A stretch of DNA of 64,000 nucleotides from Felis catus. Lineage: Eukaryota. The notes below the pieces were generated by a model. It was given only the letters and a program-made list of their open reading frames with translations. It searched no databases and was not told where the DNA came from. The stretch spans positions 684,001-748,000 of the forward strand of contig NC_058369.1 in NCBI RefSeq assembly GCF_018350175.1. Reading direction: 5' to 3'. The position numbers and the translations under genes are program-made. How positions within the stretch are numbered: the first letter of the stretch is position 1; every line of letters starts with the position of its first letter. Shown here piece by piece: positions 50,023 to 61,550 of this stretch.

Positions 50023-50599
50023 TAATAAACTACTTGTAGAAGTAAGACCTGCTCCTCGTCCACGTTCAGACTCTCAGCAAGCAAACCACGAAACGGCTGG
50101 GGGGGCGGCAGCGCACGGAGGCGGCTGGGACCGGTGCTCCGGTGCGTCAGGGAGTGTGGCCCCGAGGACCCCGCTGCACAGAGCCCCCCACCCCCTCCCC
50201 CACGCCCCCACCTCTCGCCGGGTCTCGTCAGGGCTCTCTTCAGTGCAGGCAGAAGGCCCTTCTCCATAGGAGCTGACCGAAGAACGTTCTGGGAGACCAA
50301 CCCTGGGAGGCAGTCATCCACCAGCGGACACCTCGTGACAGGGAAAAGGGCGCCCAGCCCTTCGGTTGTGCGGGGGGCAAGCCACGCACTGGCCTCGGGC
50401 TCCCCAGGCGGAGAACCGCGCGCAGCTCCGAGACCCCGGGCCTCCCTTGGGGTTGCTCTGAGGTCGATCCCCGCCTCCCCTGCAGGGGGGGCCCTGGCCT
50501 CCCCGTTCGTTTCCCCCAGGTCCTCCCTCGGGTCCCTGTCCTCACGTGTCTCAAACCGTTTCTCAAGGCCACGTCCACTTCTCTTGCTGCTCTGGGGTG

Positions 50600-51010
50600 A
50601 ACGCTGAGTTTTGGAGAGCTGTCCCGCGGACAGTAAAACCGCGAAGACGGCACGGAGAGCTCTCGTGGTCCCCCCGCCCGTTTCCCGTACTCCTGACACC
50701 TGGCCTCGGCGTGGTACGTTTGTCACAAGTAGCGAATCGATGTCGCTACTCCATTCCTGACTCAAGTCCACACTCTATCCAGACTTCCTGTTTCCTGTCA
50801 TGTCCCTCTCTGTCCCAGGCCCTCTCCACCCCGGGATCCCACGTGACATCAGGTGTCACATCTCTGTTGGCCCCTCTGGGCTGAGACCGTTTCTCAGACT
50901 CGTTTCGGCACCCTGGGCGGTGGCGTTTTGCAGGACGCCGCTCTGCCGGGGCTCGGCTCGTGTTCCCACGGTTAGACTGGGGTGGCCGTTTCGGGCAGGA
51001 CCCCCTGGCC
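50600..51010 (-). mobile_element. L1MC-like 3' UTR fragment
   Basis: GTGGTACGTTTGTCACAA...AAGTCCACACTCTAT...CCGTTTCTCAGACT...GGTTAGACTGGG. Confidence 0.65.
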
Positions 51011-51542
51011 CACCCCCGTTTCTGTGGGTGCTTCCGCGAACTTCTCGGGGCACGCAAGTTGCCCTCCTGGACCGAGGCCAGGACGCACCCCGCGCTGCTC
51101 GCATACTTCCCCGTGCTGATAACCGAGGCGCTTTGGTTTCCCAGAGTTATTCAGTGTTGGAGTTTTGCGTTTTACTCATATTTATGACCTTTAAAAATTG
51201 AAGGATACTGCCTGTGTCTGTAATCCTCACTGAAATGTCTACTTTGCCCTGGTTTTCAACTTCAAATAAAAGGAATCATACTCTGAAAAAACAAAGGAAA
51301 ACCTCAGATCCCAGAGCCTGAAAACAAAAAGTAACATCTCTGTGTCCTTAAAAAGTACTCAAACGTTCTGGTCATTCGTATATATACTTTGAAATGTATG
51401 CCCTGTCTGGAATTTCAGAAGTAAATACTTTTAATAGCTGGTGGCTTTTCTCTAGGACCATTTTAGAATACACTGTGTGTTTTTTTTTAGCTGAAAAAAG
51501 ACAGGACATCAGCTGAGACCCTTTAGTGGAGACCCGCCCACG

Positions 51543-51670
51543 GCAGCGGTGCTCACTGGGCAGTCCCGCCCCAGGGACAGCAGGTGGCGTCTGGGACGGC
51601 TGTGGTCATCAAGACCACTTGGGGCGGGGGGAGCCGGCGATGCCCAGATGCCCTGATGGCAGCACTGCCC
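51543..51670. mobile_element. MER20-like hAT relic
   Basis: CAGCGGTGCTCA...GCCCCCAGGGACA...GTCTGGGAC...TGGTCATCA resembles the left part of MER20. Confidence 0.55.
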
Positions 51671-51699
51671 GGGGGGAGACCCTGCCCCACTGACGGAGT

Positions 51700-51880
51700 G
51701 TCCTGTGTGTGTCCGCGCCCAGATTTCCCTTTTATAAAAACACTATCATTGGATTGGGGACCGTCCAAGCTCCAGGGTGACGTCACCTGAACTAATTACA
51801 TCTGCGTGGCCCTATTCCTAAATAAAGTTCTGTTCTGAAGTCTCGGACTCCAACCTGTGAGCTCGGAGGTCACAGCTGGA
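51700..51880 (-). mobile_element. MLT1 LTR fragment
   Basis: TTTCCCTTTTATAAAAACAC...CATTGGATTGGGG...AACTAATTACATCTGC. Confidence 0.8.
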
Positions 51881-52535
51881 GCCCCTGCGCTGTGCACGTT
51901 TGACCCCCTGCCTCTGTGCTGTCAAGTCAAGCACCGTGTCGGGGTCCCTCAGGGCCCAGGCCTGTCTTCCCTGTGAGTCTCTGCGTGGGGACCACCTGCT
52001 TTGGGAGGAGGGGACGGCACTTAGAAGCTTCCTTTCAACTCACTACCTCCAACCTGCAACTGCACCGTTTAAGGAGCCGGGACGGACCCTGATCCCAGAA
52101 GGCACAGTCCTGCCGTGGCCCCGCACGGGCCTCGTGCCTGCTGCCTGTCCCCCAGGTACCGAGACTGCGTCCTGACAGACGGGCTCCCTGAACGCCGCCC
52201 TTCCCCGATGCTTTGCACTTCCGGGCCCCCAAAAAGAGCACGGGGTGTGGCAGCTGTGGGACCCACCGGCTCCGGGGTGCTGTGAGCACAGGGGGACTTC
52301 ACTGCAAGCCACAGCCCCTCTCAGCTGTTGCCTCCTTTCGCCCGGAGGACTGTGGGTTCCATCGAGTCTGCATTTCAGAACAAACAGCGTTTTCCTGATG
52401 CTTCCGGAACCTTTGGTTCTCCAGTGGAATATTAACACCCTCCTTCTTTCTAGCAAGGACACAGGGAGTCTGTCTCCCGTGTAGGGGACTCTGGCCTTGA
52501 CGTGGGTTTGCAGAAACACAACATTCTGTGGAGTT

Positions 52536-52650
52536 TTTATTTATTTTTAGCTTATTTTTTTAGTAATCTCCACACCCAACGTGGGGCTCAAACTCACGAC
52601 CCTGAGACCAAGAGTCACGCGCTCCTCCGAATGAGCCAGCCAGGCGCCCC
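52536..52650 (-). mobile_element. Short CanSINE
   Basis: AGTAATCTCCACACCCAACGTGGGGCTCAAACTCACGACC...CAGCCAGGCGCCCC; TGGAGTT on both flanks. Confidence 0.9.
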
Positions 52651-53014
52651 TGGAGTTACGGTTTTTAAAACATTTTATTGATCAGTTTCACGTTCAGAGA
52701 ATGAAATTTTGGATGCTAAGGAGACCGATGCTTCCTGACCATGTGTTTCACTTCATTTTCGGAAGACTGTAAGTGAGTTCATCTGGTCTTTATTAAAAGA
52801 ATTAAAAAGCCTAAACACACTACAGTTTGCCTCATAAGCTGACCCACAGGCTGTGGCAAATATGAAATCCAAGTCAACTAAAACAGACGCTTGCGTTTTT
52901 AATTTCCTGCCCAGATCCGTGATGGAAGTGTCCCGTGCAGAGGGCAGCAGCACGTAAGAAATAGAGCCCAAGTCTCAATCCTGCCCCTGGGGAGGGGGCA
53001 GTGTGTTTCACTGT

Positions 53015-53172
53015 CCCATGGGGACAGAGTCTCAGTCTGGGGAGACGGAAAGTTGAGGAGATGGAGGGTGGGGGTGGCTGCACGACAGTATGCTCAAGGC
53101 CACTGAGGTGTGCACTGAAAAATGGTTAAAATGGCAATTTTATGTCAAACGTATTTGACCGCAATTTTAAAA
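53015..53172 (+). mobile_element. L1MB-like extreme 3' end (partial B-type copy)
   Basis: ATGGGGACAGAGTCTCAGTCTGGGGAGA...AAAATGGTTAAAATGGCAATTTTATGT. Confidence 0.8.
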
Positions 53173-53499
53173 ACCTGCCCCTGGGTGAGGATCAGGGTAG
53201 AAACACACACGGCCCCTTGGAGTCGGCCGGCTCTGAAAGCGCGCCTGCCTGGGGAGAAGGGCGCACCGTCGCTGCAATCGGGTGCAGACAGTTGCAAAAG
53301 CAGGGGACAAACCTGCACCCGGACGTGGTTCCTAGCCCGGTGCAGCCTTCGGGGGGGGGGGTGCAAACCCGGCTTCGATGCGCGGTCAGTGCTTTCGGGG
53401 TTCCTTCACCAATCTGCCAGGCATCAGTGGGAGCCAAGGTTCTTCGGGATTGAGGAAGGCAGAGTCCCCTTGGGGGATGACAGGCACAGCCCCCCGACT

Positions 53500-53613
53500 C
53501 TAGACAATGATGTTGCAAGAGTGGTGAGCAGAGCGTCACCTGCAAATCACTAAGCTGTGCACCTGAGACTAATGTCACGTCGGGTGTCAGCTCTACTTCA
53601 GTTAAAACAAAAG
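53500..53613 (+). mobile_element. Carnivore L1 3' terminus
   Basis: AAATCACTAAGCTGTGCACCTGAGACTAATGTCAC...GTGTCAGCTCTACTTCAGTTAAAA. Confidence 0.7.
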
Positions 53614-54234
53614 GCAAATTCCTTATTTCCACTCGGTGTCTCGGGTGGAAATGAAACAGGGTGGGGTGACCCTGAGAAATCTGGGTACCGGGTACCAGGG
53701 GGAGCACTCGTAGGGGCGCGGGCGGGGACTGGAAGGGGTGGGGAGTGGGGGCTGGTGGCTGTGTGACCGTCTGGGAACAATGTGAGACAATACGATGGGG
53801 GACCTTGAAGAAAACCAACAAAAGCAGCCGTAGATTACACGTCTGGGGGAAGAAGGAGGAAACAGAAAGGAGGAAGGAAACAAATCTCCCCAGAGGCGCT
53901 TGTTTGAAATGCAGATGACACTGTGCAGCGTGCCCTGAAATGCCTAATAGTTGAAATGAAAGGCTTTTTAAAAAAAATCAAAGGCAGACAGGATGGGAAC
54001 TCAACGGGGCCTAATCCTTGACTCTTTGTTGAAGAGACTCCCCCCATCCCGGTCTGGGAACGCAGGTGTCGCCGTGGTGTGGAGGATGAAGCCACTGGAG
54101 AACAACTGAAGGGGGCGGCAGAGGGGTCGCGTTCCTGACAGGGTGTCTGTCACCCTCTGACCCCACCGCTGGACACGCCAGGAAACATCCCGGATGGCAT
54201 GGGAAATGCTGGACTCGAGGCACGGACTTAAAAT

Positions 54235-54850
54235 CGTTTCTTAATGTCGTACAATGCACACAACATCCACATCCTAACCATGTCTGAGCGCACAGCTCAG
54301 CGGCACCAGGCACACTCACAGTGTCCTCCGGCCGCCCCCACCACCCGTCTCCAGAACTTTCCATCTCCCCAGACTGACCCTGCCCCCATGAAGCACGGAC
54401 TCTCCGCCCCTGCCCCGGCCCCGGCTCCCGCCATCTATTCTCTGGCTCTGCGGACGGGACTCCTCTGGGGACCCCCTGTGAGTGGGGTCGCGCAGGACGT
54501 GTCCTTCTGTGTCTGGCTCCTGTCACTGCGCACAGTGGCCTCCGGGTCCCTCCGCGTGGTGGCAGGTGGCAGGACGTCCTTCCTCCCCGAGGCTGGGTCA
54601 CATTCCAGCGTGCGGACGGACACATCGTCCGTGTTCACCTTTCCTTTGTCGACGGACACCTGGGTTGATTTCAAGTCTTGTCTCCCGTAGATAGTGCTGC
54701 TGTGGACATGGGTGCGCAGATGTCTCGTCGGTATTTCAGCGCTCTCCGTGTTTCTGGGTAGATGCCCGGAGTGGGGCTGCTGGGTCATACGGTCATCCTA
54801 TTTTTAGCTTTTTGAGGAGCTGCCATGCTATTTTCCACAGCAGCTGCGCC
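54235..54850 (-). mobile_element. L1MB/L1MA-like 3' end, copy B2
   Basis: Same architecture as B1; continues to GCTGGGTCATACGG...TTTTTGAGGAGCTGCCATGCTATTTTCCACAG. Confidence 0.82.
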
Positions 54851-54984
54851 TTTGCCCCCACGCCTGAGCTCAGCCAGCAGCCAGGGCCAGCGGAGGGTAG
54901 ATCCCAGGCCCGGCTCCCGGCGCGGGGGTCCCTGCGGTGGCCGGGGCACACGAGCGCGCCGGTGTCGGTCACCCGAGGCCGCGA

Positions 54985-55885
54985 CTCTATCGGTCTGCCC
55001 GGCCAGCCGTAAGAAAATACCACAGATGGGGACTTAGGTGTTCATTCTCTCCCAGCTGTGGAGACCAGGAGTCTGAGACCGAGGTGTTGGCGGGGCCGGT
55101 TTCCGCGTTGTCTGGGGTGTCAAGGGTTTCTGTGTTGTCAAGGGTGTCTCTTGATCGGACGGGGGCCCCCAAATGTGCTAGCTGGGGGGCGCAGGCGGTG
55201 AAAGGGTCCCCTGGGGCAGAACGGAGGAGACAGAACGGAAGCGAACTGGGAGAGGGCAGGGCAGCAGAGGAGAGGCGGCGGGTGCGGGCGATTTTAAAGC
55301 GGGAAGGAAAGGAGGGGTGGCACCGCATCCATCTCTCCCCTTTGTGGTAGCTGCCTGGCTGCAGGTAGCCCACTCGTCGGTGAGGACCTATGGATTTTCG
55401 GGGTGAGCCCCCGGAAGGGCCTGTCCGGATTCAGCCGGGTGGTCCGGCGGCCCTTTGTGCGTCCCGTCGCTCAAGCCTGTTTGCCTCAAAGCGGCCTCGA
55501 CGGTCTCTCCCGAGGCCTCTCTCCCTGGCGGGTAGACAGCCATCTTCTGCCCGCGTCCTCACGTGGCCTCCCCTGCGTCCCAACGTCCTCCTCTTATAAG
55601 GGCGCCAGCCACGTCGGGTCAGGGCCCACCTCTGCAACCTCCTGACAGCCGCCGAAACAAGTGAACCACACGCACGCTGGGCGGTCAAAACATAAATCCA
55701 TTCTCTCGGTTCTCGAGGTCAGAAGTCCCCTGCCATTCTCACTGGGCCAAAAGCACAGGTCCCGCCAAACCCTTAATCGCATCTCGACTTCTCCCCTTCT
55801 GCCACACATTTCACAGGCTCCAGGAGTTAGGACGCGGGCATCTTCCGGCGGCCGAGTTAGTTGACCACGCCCCCCCCAGATCACT
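54985..55885 (-). mobile_element. Fragmented MLT/MST (MaLR) LTR pieces
   Basis: AAATACCACAGATGGGGACTTA...GGAGACCAGGAGTCTGAGA; TCCTCTTATAAGGGCGCCAG...AGGGCCCACC; CATTTCACAGGCTCCAGGAGTTAGGAC. Confidence 0.65.
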
Positions 55886-55889
55886 GCTC

Positions 55890-56215
55890 AGCCACGGAAA
55901 GCAATGGAGCGCTAATACATGTCCTGTAGATGGCCCCCGGACACACTCAGGGAGGGGACCAGACGCGAGAGGCCACAGGGGGTGCGATTCCACGTGAGCG
56001 AAATGTCCGGAACAGACTCATCCACAGACAGGAAGGGGGCCTGTGGGTGCTGGGGGCTGGGGTGCTGATGGATGCTAATGGAGACAGGGACTCTTTTGGG
56101 GGTGATGGAATGTTCTAGAACTAGACAGAGGTAGTGGTTACACAGCATAGCGAATAATACCACTGAATTGAATGCTTTAAGTGGGTAAGTTGTATTATAT
56201 GTGAATTTTATCAGC
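55890..56215 (+). mobile_element. L1MB-like 3' end, copy A5 (opposite orientation, partly shares the core)
   Basis: TTTTGGGGTGATGGAATGTTCTAGAACTAGA...CCACTGAATTG...ATGTGAATTTTATC. Confidence 0.82.
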
Positions 56216-56309
56216 ATAAACCCACTTAACATTTGTTCAAATTGCAATAAAGTTAGTTTTAAGTGTTTGATTAAAAACAAACAAACAAACAAACAAAAAA
56301 CGGGCAGCT

Positions 56310-56425
56310 GGGGCACCCGGCTCAAAGCTCAGAGCCTGGAACCTGCTTCAGATTCTATGTCTCCCTCTCTCTCTCTCTGCCCCTTGCCCACTCATGCTCT
56401 CTCTCTCTCAAAAATGAACATTAAA
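56310..56425 (+). mobile_element. Internally deleted CanSINE
   Basis: GGGGCACC head joined directly to AGCTCAGAGCCTGGAACCTGCTTCAGATTCT, then (CT)n and A tail. Confidence 0.8.
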
Positions 56426-56436
56426 GTATACACATA

Positions 56437-56675
56437 TGGGAATGCAAGCTGGTGCAGCCACTCTGGAAAACAGTATGGAGGTTCCTCAAAAAATTAAAAA
56501 TAGAACTACCCTACGACCCAGCAATTGCACTACTAGGCATTTATCCAAGAGATAAAGGTGTGCTGTTTCAAAAGGACACACGCACCCCCATGTTTATAGC
56601 AGCACTATCGACAAGAGCCAAAGTATGGAAAGAGCCCAAGTGTCCATCGATGGATGAATGGATAAGGAAGATGTG

Positions 56676-56721
<46 letters not shown>

Positions 56722-57087
56722 GAGTATTACTCGGCAATCAAAAAGAATGAAATCTTGCCATCTGCAACTACGTGGATGGAACTGGAGGGTATTATGCTAA
56801 GTGAAATTTGTCAGTCAGAGAAAGACAAAAATCACGAATTCACTCATATGAGGACTTTAAGAGAAAAACAGATGAACATAAGGGAAGGGAAACAAAAATA
56901 ATATAAAAACAGGGAGGGGGACAAAACAGAAGAGACTCATAAATATGGAGAACAAACTGAGGGTTCCTGGAGGGGTTGTGGGAGGGGGGATGGGCTAAAT
57001 GGGGGAGGGGCACCAAGGAATCTACTCTTGAAATAATTGTTGTACCATATGCTAACTAATTTGGATGTAAATTAAAAAAAAAAAAAA
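56437..57087 (+). mobile_element. 5'-truncated feline-type L1 (ORF2 C-terminus, 3' UTR, poly-A)
   Basis: Translation QPLWKTVWRFLKKLKIELPYDPAIALLGIYP...EYYSAIKKNEILP..TTWMELEGIMLSEI is the L1 ORF2p C-terminus; G-rich 3' UTR; poly-A at 57074-57087. Confidence 0.96.
56679..56718. repeat. (CA)20 microsatellite
   Basis: Perfect dinucleotide run. Confidence 0.97.
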
Positions 57088-57305
57088 GACTTGATGAAAG
57101 GGAGGACCTGGAATAAGTGAGAAATTGAGATAAATTAAATTTCTTGGTGCAAATTCAGTGTAGGAATATAGTAACATTCATAAAGAATGTTTTAGTGTTT
57201 ACAAATGTGTATGTTTACTATTCCTTACGTGTGTGCAGAATAAATCCCTCTCCCGGCAAAATAAAGAAAATAAATAAAATAAAACATATATACACATGTA
57301 TCTCA

Positions 57306-57432
57306 GGGGCGCCTAGGTGGCTCAGTTGGTCGAACGCCTGACTCCTGATTTCGGCTGAGGCCACTCATGATCCCAGGATCGTGGGGTCAAGCCCTGTGTC
57401 ATGCTTGGCACTGAGCGTGAAGCCTGCTTGAG

Positions 57433-57482
<50 letters not shown>

Positions 57483-57540
57483 CCTCTGCCCCTCTCCCCC
57501 ACTCCTGTGCACACACTCTCTCCCTCTAAAATAAAAAACA
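57306..57540 (+). mobile_element. CanSINE with (TC)23 tract
   Basis: GGGGCGCCTAGGTGGCTCAGTTGG head; (TC)n at 57435-57480; A/AT-rich tail. Confidence 0.92.
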
Positions 57541-57781
57541 ATATACATATACATATATATATACACAGACACACATGTATCCGTATCTATCTCATAACCA
57601 ATTTTCCTCAGTTTCTGGAGGCTTGTGTGACACACGCGCACCTGTTGAAAGCTCCCTGTTAAATGAGCCAGAACAACTGACGCCACCAAAGGTTCTCGCG
57701 GAAATAGTCAAATCCACGTAATGTTCCTAGAAGCTCCATTTGCCCCTTTGGAGAAAAGTCTACACAAGTCCAAGTAATAAA

Positions 57782-57991
57782 TAGGGTTGCCAGATTTACC
57801 AAATAAAAATACAGAACACCCAGTTACCTATGAAACTTACATACGTAACAAGTATTTTTTTAGGATGCAATAAAGAGGACTCAGACTAAATCAGTAGCTG
57901 TACGTCAATACCGCATCTCACGTGTACTATGTATAATTTGCATGTAACGTGTACCTAGCGATTCAATCCCCTATTTTACCTGGCAACGCTG
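57782..57991. mobile_element. MER53-like hAT MITE
   Basis: Inverted ends TAGGGTTGCCAGATTTA..AAATAAAAATACAG and TATTTTACCTGGCAACGCT; about 200 bp. Confidence 0.8.
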
Positions 57992-58029
57992 ACCAGAAGA
58001 GGTATGGTGAGGAACTTGGTAACTGTGAT

Positions 58030-58878
58030 GTTTTTATGGGTTGAACGTGTCTCCCAAAAGTCACGTTGAAGTCCTCACCCTCAGGAACCCATGAATGCGG
58101 CCTTATTTGGAAAGAAGGTCTTTGCAGATGTAATTAGTTTTCTTTTAAAAAATTTTTAATGTTTATTTATTTTGAAAAAAAAATTTAATGTTTATTTTCG
58201 ACAGAGAGAGAGACAGAGCATGAGCGGGGGAGGGGCCGAGAGAGAGGGAGACATAGAATCGGAAGCAGGCTCCAGTCCCCGAGCTGTCAGCACAGAGCCC
58301 GACTCGGGGCTCGAACTCACAGACCGTGAGATCATGACCTGAGCCGAAGTCGGACGCTCAAACGACTGAGCCACCCAGGCACCACCCCTTATTTATTTGT
58401 TTTGAGAGAGAGAGAGAGAGGCAGAGAGAGAATCCCAAGCAGGCCCCACAGTGTCAGCGCAGAGTCTGATTCGGGGCTCAAACCCATGAACCACAACGCC
58501 ATGACCCGAGCAGAAACCAAGAGTCGGGGCCAAAACCAAGAGCTCAACCGACTGAGCCATGCAGGCACCGCAAGATGAAATTAGTTAAGATGAGGTCACA
58601 GCGGGTGAGAGACCTAAATCCACTGAGCGGTGTGCTTGTTAGATGAAGGGAACGTGGACACGGACACAGAGAAAAGACAGCACCTATAAGCCAAGAGACA
58701 CCAGGGGACACCGGAGCCACTGAGCGGCTGGAAGAGGCGGGAAGGTTCCTCCCTAGGGGCCTCCAGGAGGAGCATGGCCCTGCCACACCTTCCGTTTGGA
58801 TTTTTGGCTTCCCTGACTGGGAGATGCTCAATTTCTGCTTGAGGTGTTTTGTCACCACGGTCCTAGAAAAGCAATACG
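58030..58878 (+). mobile_element. MLT1 LTR interrupted by two nested minus-strand CanSINEs (about 58143-58570)
   Basis: TATGGGTTGAA...GGTCTTTGCAGATGTAATTAGTT [SINEs] AATTAGTTAAGATGAGGTCA...CTAGAAAAGCAATAC. Confidence 0.88.
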
Positions 58879-59435
58879 GCTATGATCTACATCCTGTGCA
58901 GAAACCCAGGCCGAGGGCCTCAAGCTGTCCCGTTAGTATTTCCTCTCCATGTGCTAATCCCGTGCACATCCCAAAGGACAGTCCCTGTGGATGACACCAT
59001 GTCACGACCCCTGTGAGAACTAACCTCATATGTGCTAAATGCACGTAATGCACGTGAACAGCAGGGTCCTGAGGCGGACAGGTTTTGGTTCTCAGAAAGC
59101 CATGTTTGGGGGTAAAGATCACCTAAGCTCTGTTCACCAAAATCAGCTTCCGAATGCCAGGAGACGGCGGAGAGAGAAAGATGGGGCTCTCCTCTCCTCC
59201 CGCGGTGGCCTGCGCCCGAAGAGAAGCCCTGATGAACAGGCGGAAGTCCTCGAGAAGAAGGCTGTCTGAAGGGCTGTCTTTTCGTTGGCTTTTTCACGCG
59301 CCAGGCAGTGAGCCCGCACCGGGTGCAGGGGCCAGGCTTGTCCTGAGGACACCGAGGGAGCAAGCTGGACAATTTGAGGCTACCTCTAGGAATGATGGCA
59401 GGAATGCAATTAGTCTATGGCCACAGGCCTCATCC

Positions 59436-59590
59436 AGAGTGATCCTGCCTCCAGGGAACACCGGGCAATGTCTGAGGACATCTGTGGTTGACGCGACTGG
59501 GGTGGTCCCGACATCGAGTGGGTGGGGGCTAGGGACGCTGCTCAACCCCGCACGATGCCCAAGGAGGCCCCGATGGCAGCGCTGAAGAGG
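59436..59590. mobile_element. MER20-like hAT relic
   Basis: GGCAATGTCTGAGGACATCTGTGGTTG...CATCGAGTGGGTGGGGGCTAGGGACGCTGCTCAAC. Confidence 0.75.
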
Positions 59591-59813
59591 GGTACACCTT
59601 CTTCCTGCCCGTCAGCAAAGCCACCGATAAGCCCTGAAGGCCAAGTCGGGAGCCTGGGCCCCCAGGAGCTGACGGTGGGGCAGCGTGCTGGGAAGGGAGG
59701 TCAACGAGGTGTGGCACACACGGTTAGTTAGCAGGGCCACACGCCCCGCCGGGGCCAGCGGGAGCCGGTCCCGAGCAGGGAAGGGCTAGCACGATGCAGA
59801 TGATCTTCAAATA

Positions 59814-60054
59814 CAGCAGAACCTTGGATGGCGAGTAACTTGTTCTGCAAGCGTTCTGCGTGACAAGGGAACGTTTCTAACAAACTTTAACTTCATAAAC
59901 GAGCGATGTCTTGCAATACGAGTAATACGTGACCTTGAACATCACAGGATCACAACGGAGCCAATAGTTCTTGAAACTCGCTTTGATATGCAAGTGCTTT
60001 TGACGATAAGCGTGTCCCTGGAACGAATCATGACTGCAAACCAAGCTTTCACTG
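59814..60054. mobile_element. Tc1/mariner (Tigger-like) MITE
   Basis: TA followed by CAGCAGAACCTTGG, ending CCAAGCTTTCACTG (imperfect terminal inverted repeats); AT-richer than the flanks. Confidence 0.7.
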
Positions 60055-60068
60055 GCGTTTTGGTTTTC

Positions 60069-60280
60069 GGGGCGCCTGGGTGGCTCAGTTGGTCAAGCAT
60101 CTGACTCTTGATTTTGGCTCAGGTCATGATCTCAGGTTGATGGAGTAGAGCCCTGAGTTGGGCTCTGTGCTGACAGCATGGAACCTGTTTGGGATTCTCC
60201 CGGCCCCCCTGCCCCTCCCTGGCTGGTTCACTCTCTCTCTCTCTCTCCCTCCAAATAAGTAAACGTTAATATATATATAT
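60069..60280 (+). mobile_element. CanSINE
   Basis: GGGGCGCCTGGGTGGCTCAGTTGG head, CT tract, AAATAAGTAAAC and (AT)n tail. Confidence 0.92.
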
Positions 60281-61154
60281 ATTTTTTTTTACTTTTTTGG
60301 TCACCTTTTTCAAAAAAACAAAAGTAACGCAGGCCCGAGGTAAGCAGACAAAGCTCAGGAACGTGACGGAGTCCCATCCACCCCCTCCTCCAGGACTGCC
60401 CTGCGTCAGCCCAACGTGCGGCCGGGTCAAGTCTATGGGCCTTGGTTCTCCGAGGAGCGTGAAGGCACGTTAGGGTTTTGTTGGTCTAAACCGTAGCTTG
60501 GGTCTCCTCCGGCTCCTTGCACGCGTCAACATTCACCTCTCCGACGGACTTGGCCGCACGCCGACGGCGGCTGGCTGGCAGACTTGCCCTCTGCTTGAGC
60601 GGAGCAGGACCAGTTCAGGGAGGGTCTGGCCAACTGCTGGTATAAGGCACAGGGGCCCCCGAAAGGGATGTCGGCAGTTGCCATGGCGTCCATCTGCTCT
60701 GCCTTTGTTTCCCAGCCATGTCCGTGTCCCGAGACCTCTGGTGGGGCCCCTGCCCTCACGGCCCCTCGCCCTCTCCTCCAGAACAGCGGCCATTCCCTCA
60801 CGCTGAGGACCTCAGTGGCTTCTCCGTGAGCCCGTTCGCCTCACATCCTAAGGGCCTCCCGACCGTTCCCCAGGACCAATTAAGGTATTTCCCTAAACAA
60901 GCCCACTCGTGTGTCTAAAATATGTTCTGGTGCCCGCTGGTAAAACTAATTTTTCCCCATCCTGTACAACACAGTCGTGAATGACACGCCATCTCCCATT
61001 GGCGGGACGTCAGTGTCTGGGGAAGACAAGTATGTAGACAAAAAATTACGTTACGGTGACAATCAGCGACGCTATGCCCCATAATGGCCGCCGTAACAAA
61101 CCCCCTGCAGCTCAGCGTCCGTGAACAACAAAGGTTCATTTGCTCCCATGCACT

Positions 61155-61550
61155 ACAAGGACTGGGTTAAACGGTCTCCCTCCCATTTTCACATCCACCA
61201 GGAACCTCAGAATGTGACGGAAGTTCGGTCTTTGCCAACGGTGAAGATGAGATTGTAATGGATTGGGGTGGGCCCTACATCCAATGACTGGTGCCCTTAT
61301 AAGGAGCAGGGACACACAACAGGGAAGGAGCCCGTGCGAAGACACAGGCAGAGAGAGGAGGGACGCGTCCACAAACCAAGGACCGCCGGGGCCCCCAGAA
61401 GCTGGGAGGCAGATGTGGGACAGATGCTGCCTCAGAGCCCCAGAAGGAACCCATCCTGCTGACACCGAGATCTCAGACTTCTCCGGAAGCACGAGACCGT
61501 AAGCGTCTCTGGTTTCAAGACACTGGGTTACAATGCTCTGCTCCGGCAGC
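61155..61550 (+). mobile_element. MLT1 LTR
   Basis: GAACCTCAGAATGTGAC...GGTGGGCCCTACATCCAATGACTGGTGCCCTTATAAG...TCAGACTTCT. Confidence 0.85.

Noticed and set aside
52680..52970. AT-rich patch with a 72-aa minus-strand ORF of protein-like composition (also the AT patch at 51180-51500)
   Set aside because: No family recognised and no supporting splice structure; a BLASTX/Dfam search would be needed to call it a transposase or pseudogene remnant.
56452..56901. 149-aa ORF as a host gene
   Set aside because: It is the C-terminus of L1 ORF2 in a 5'-truncated insertion.
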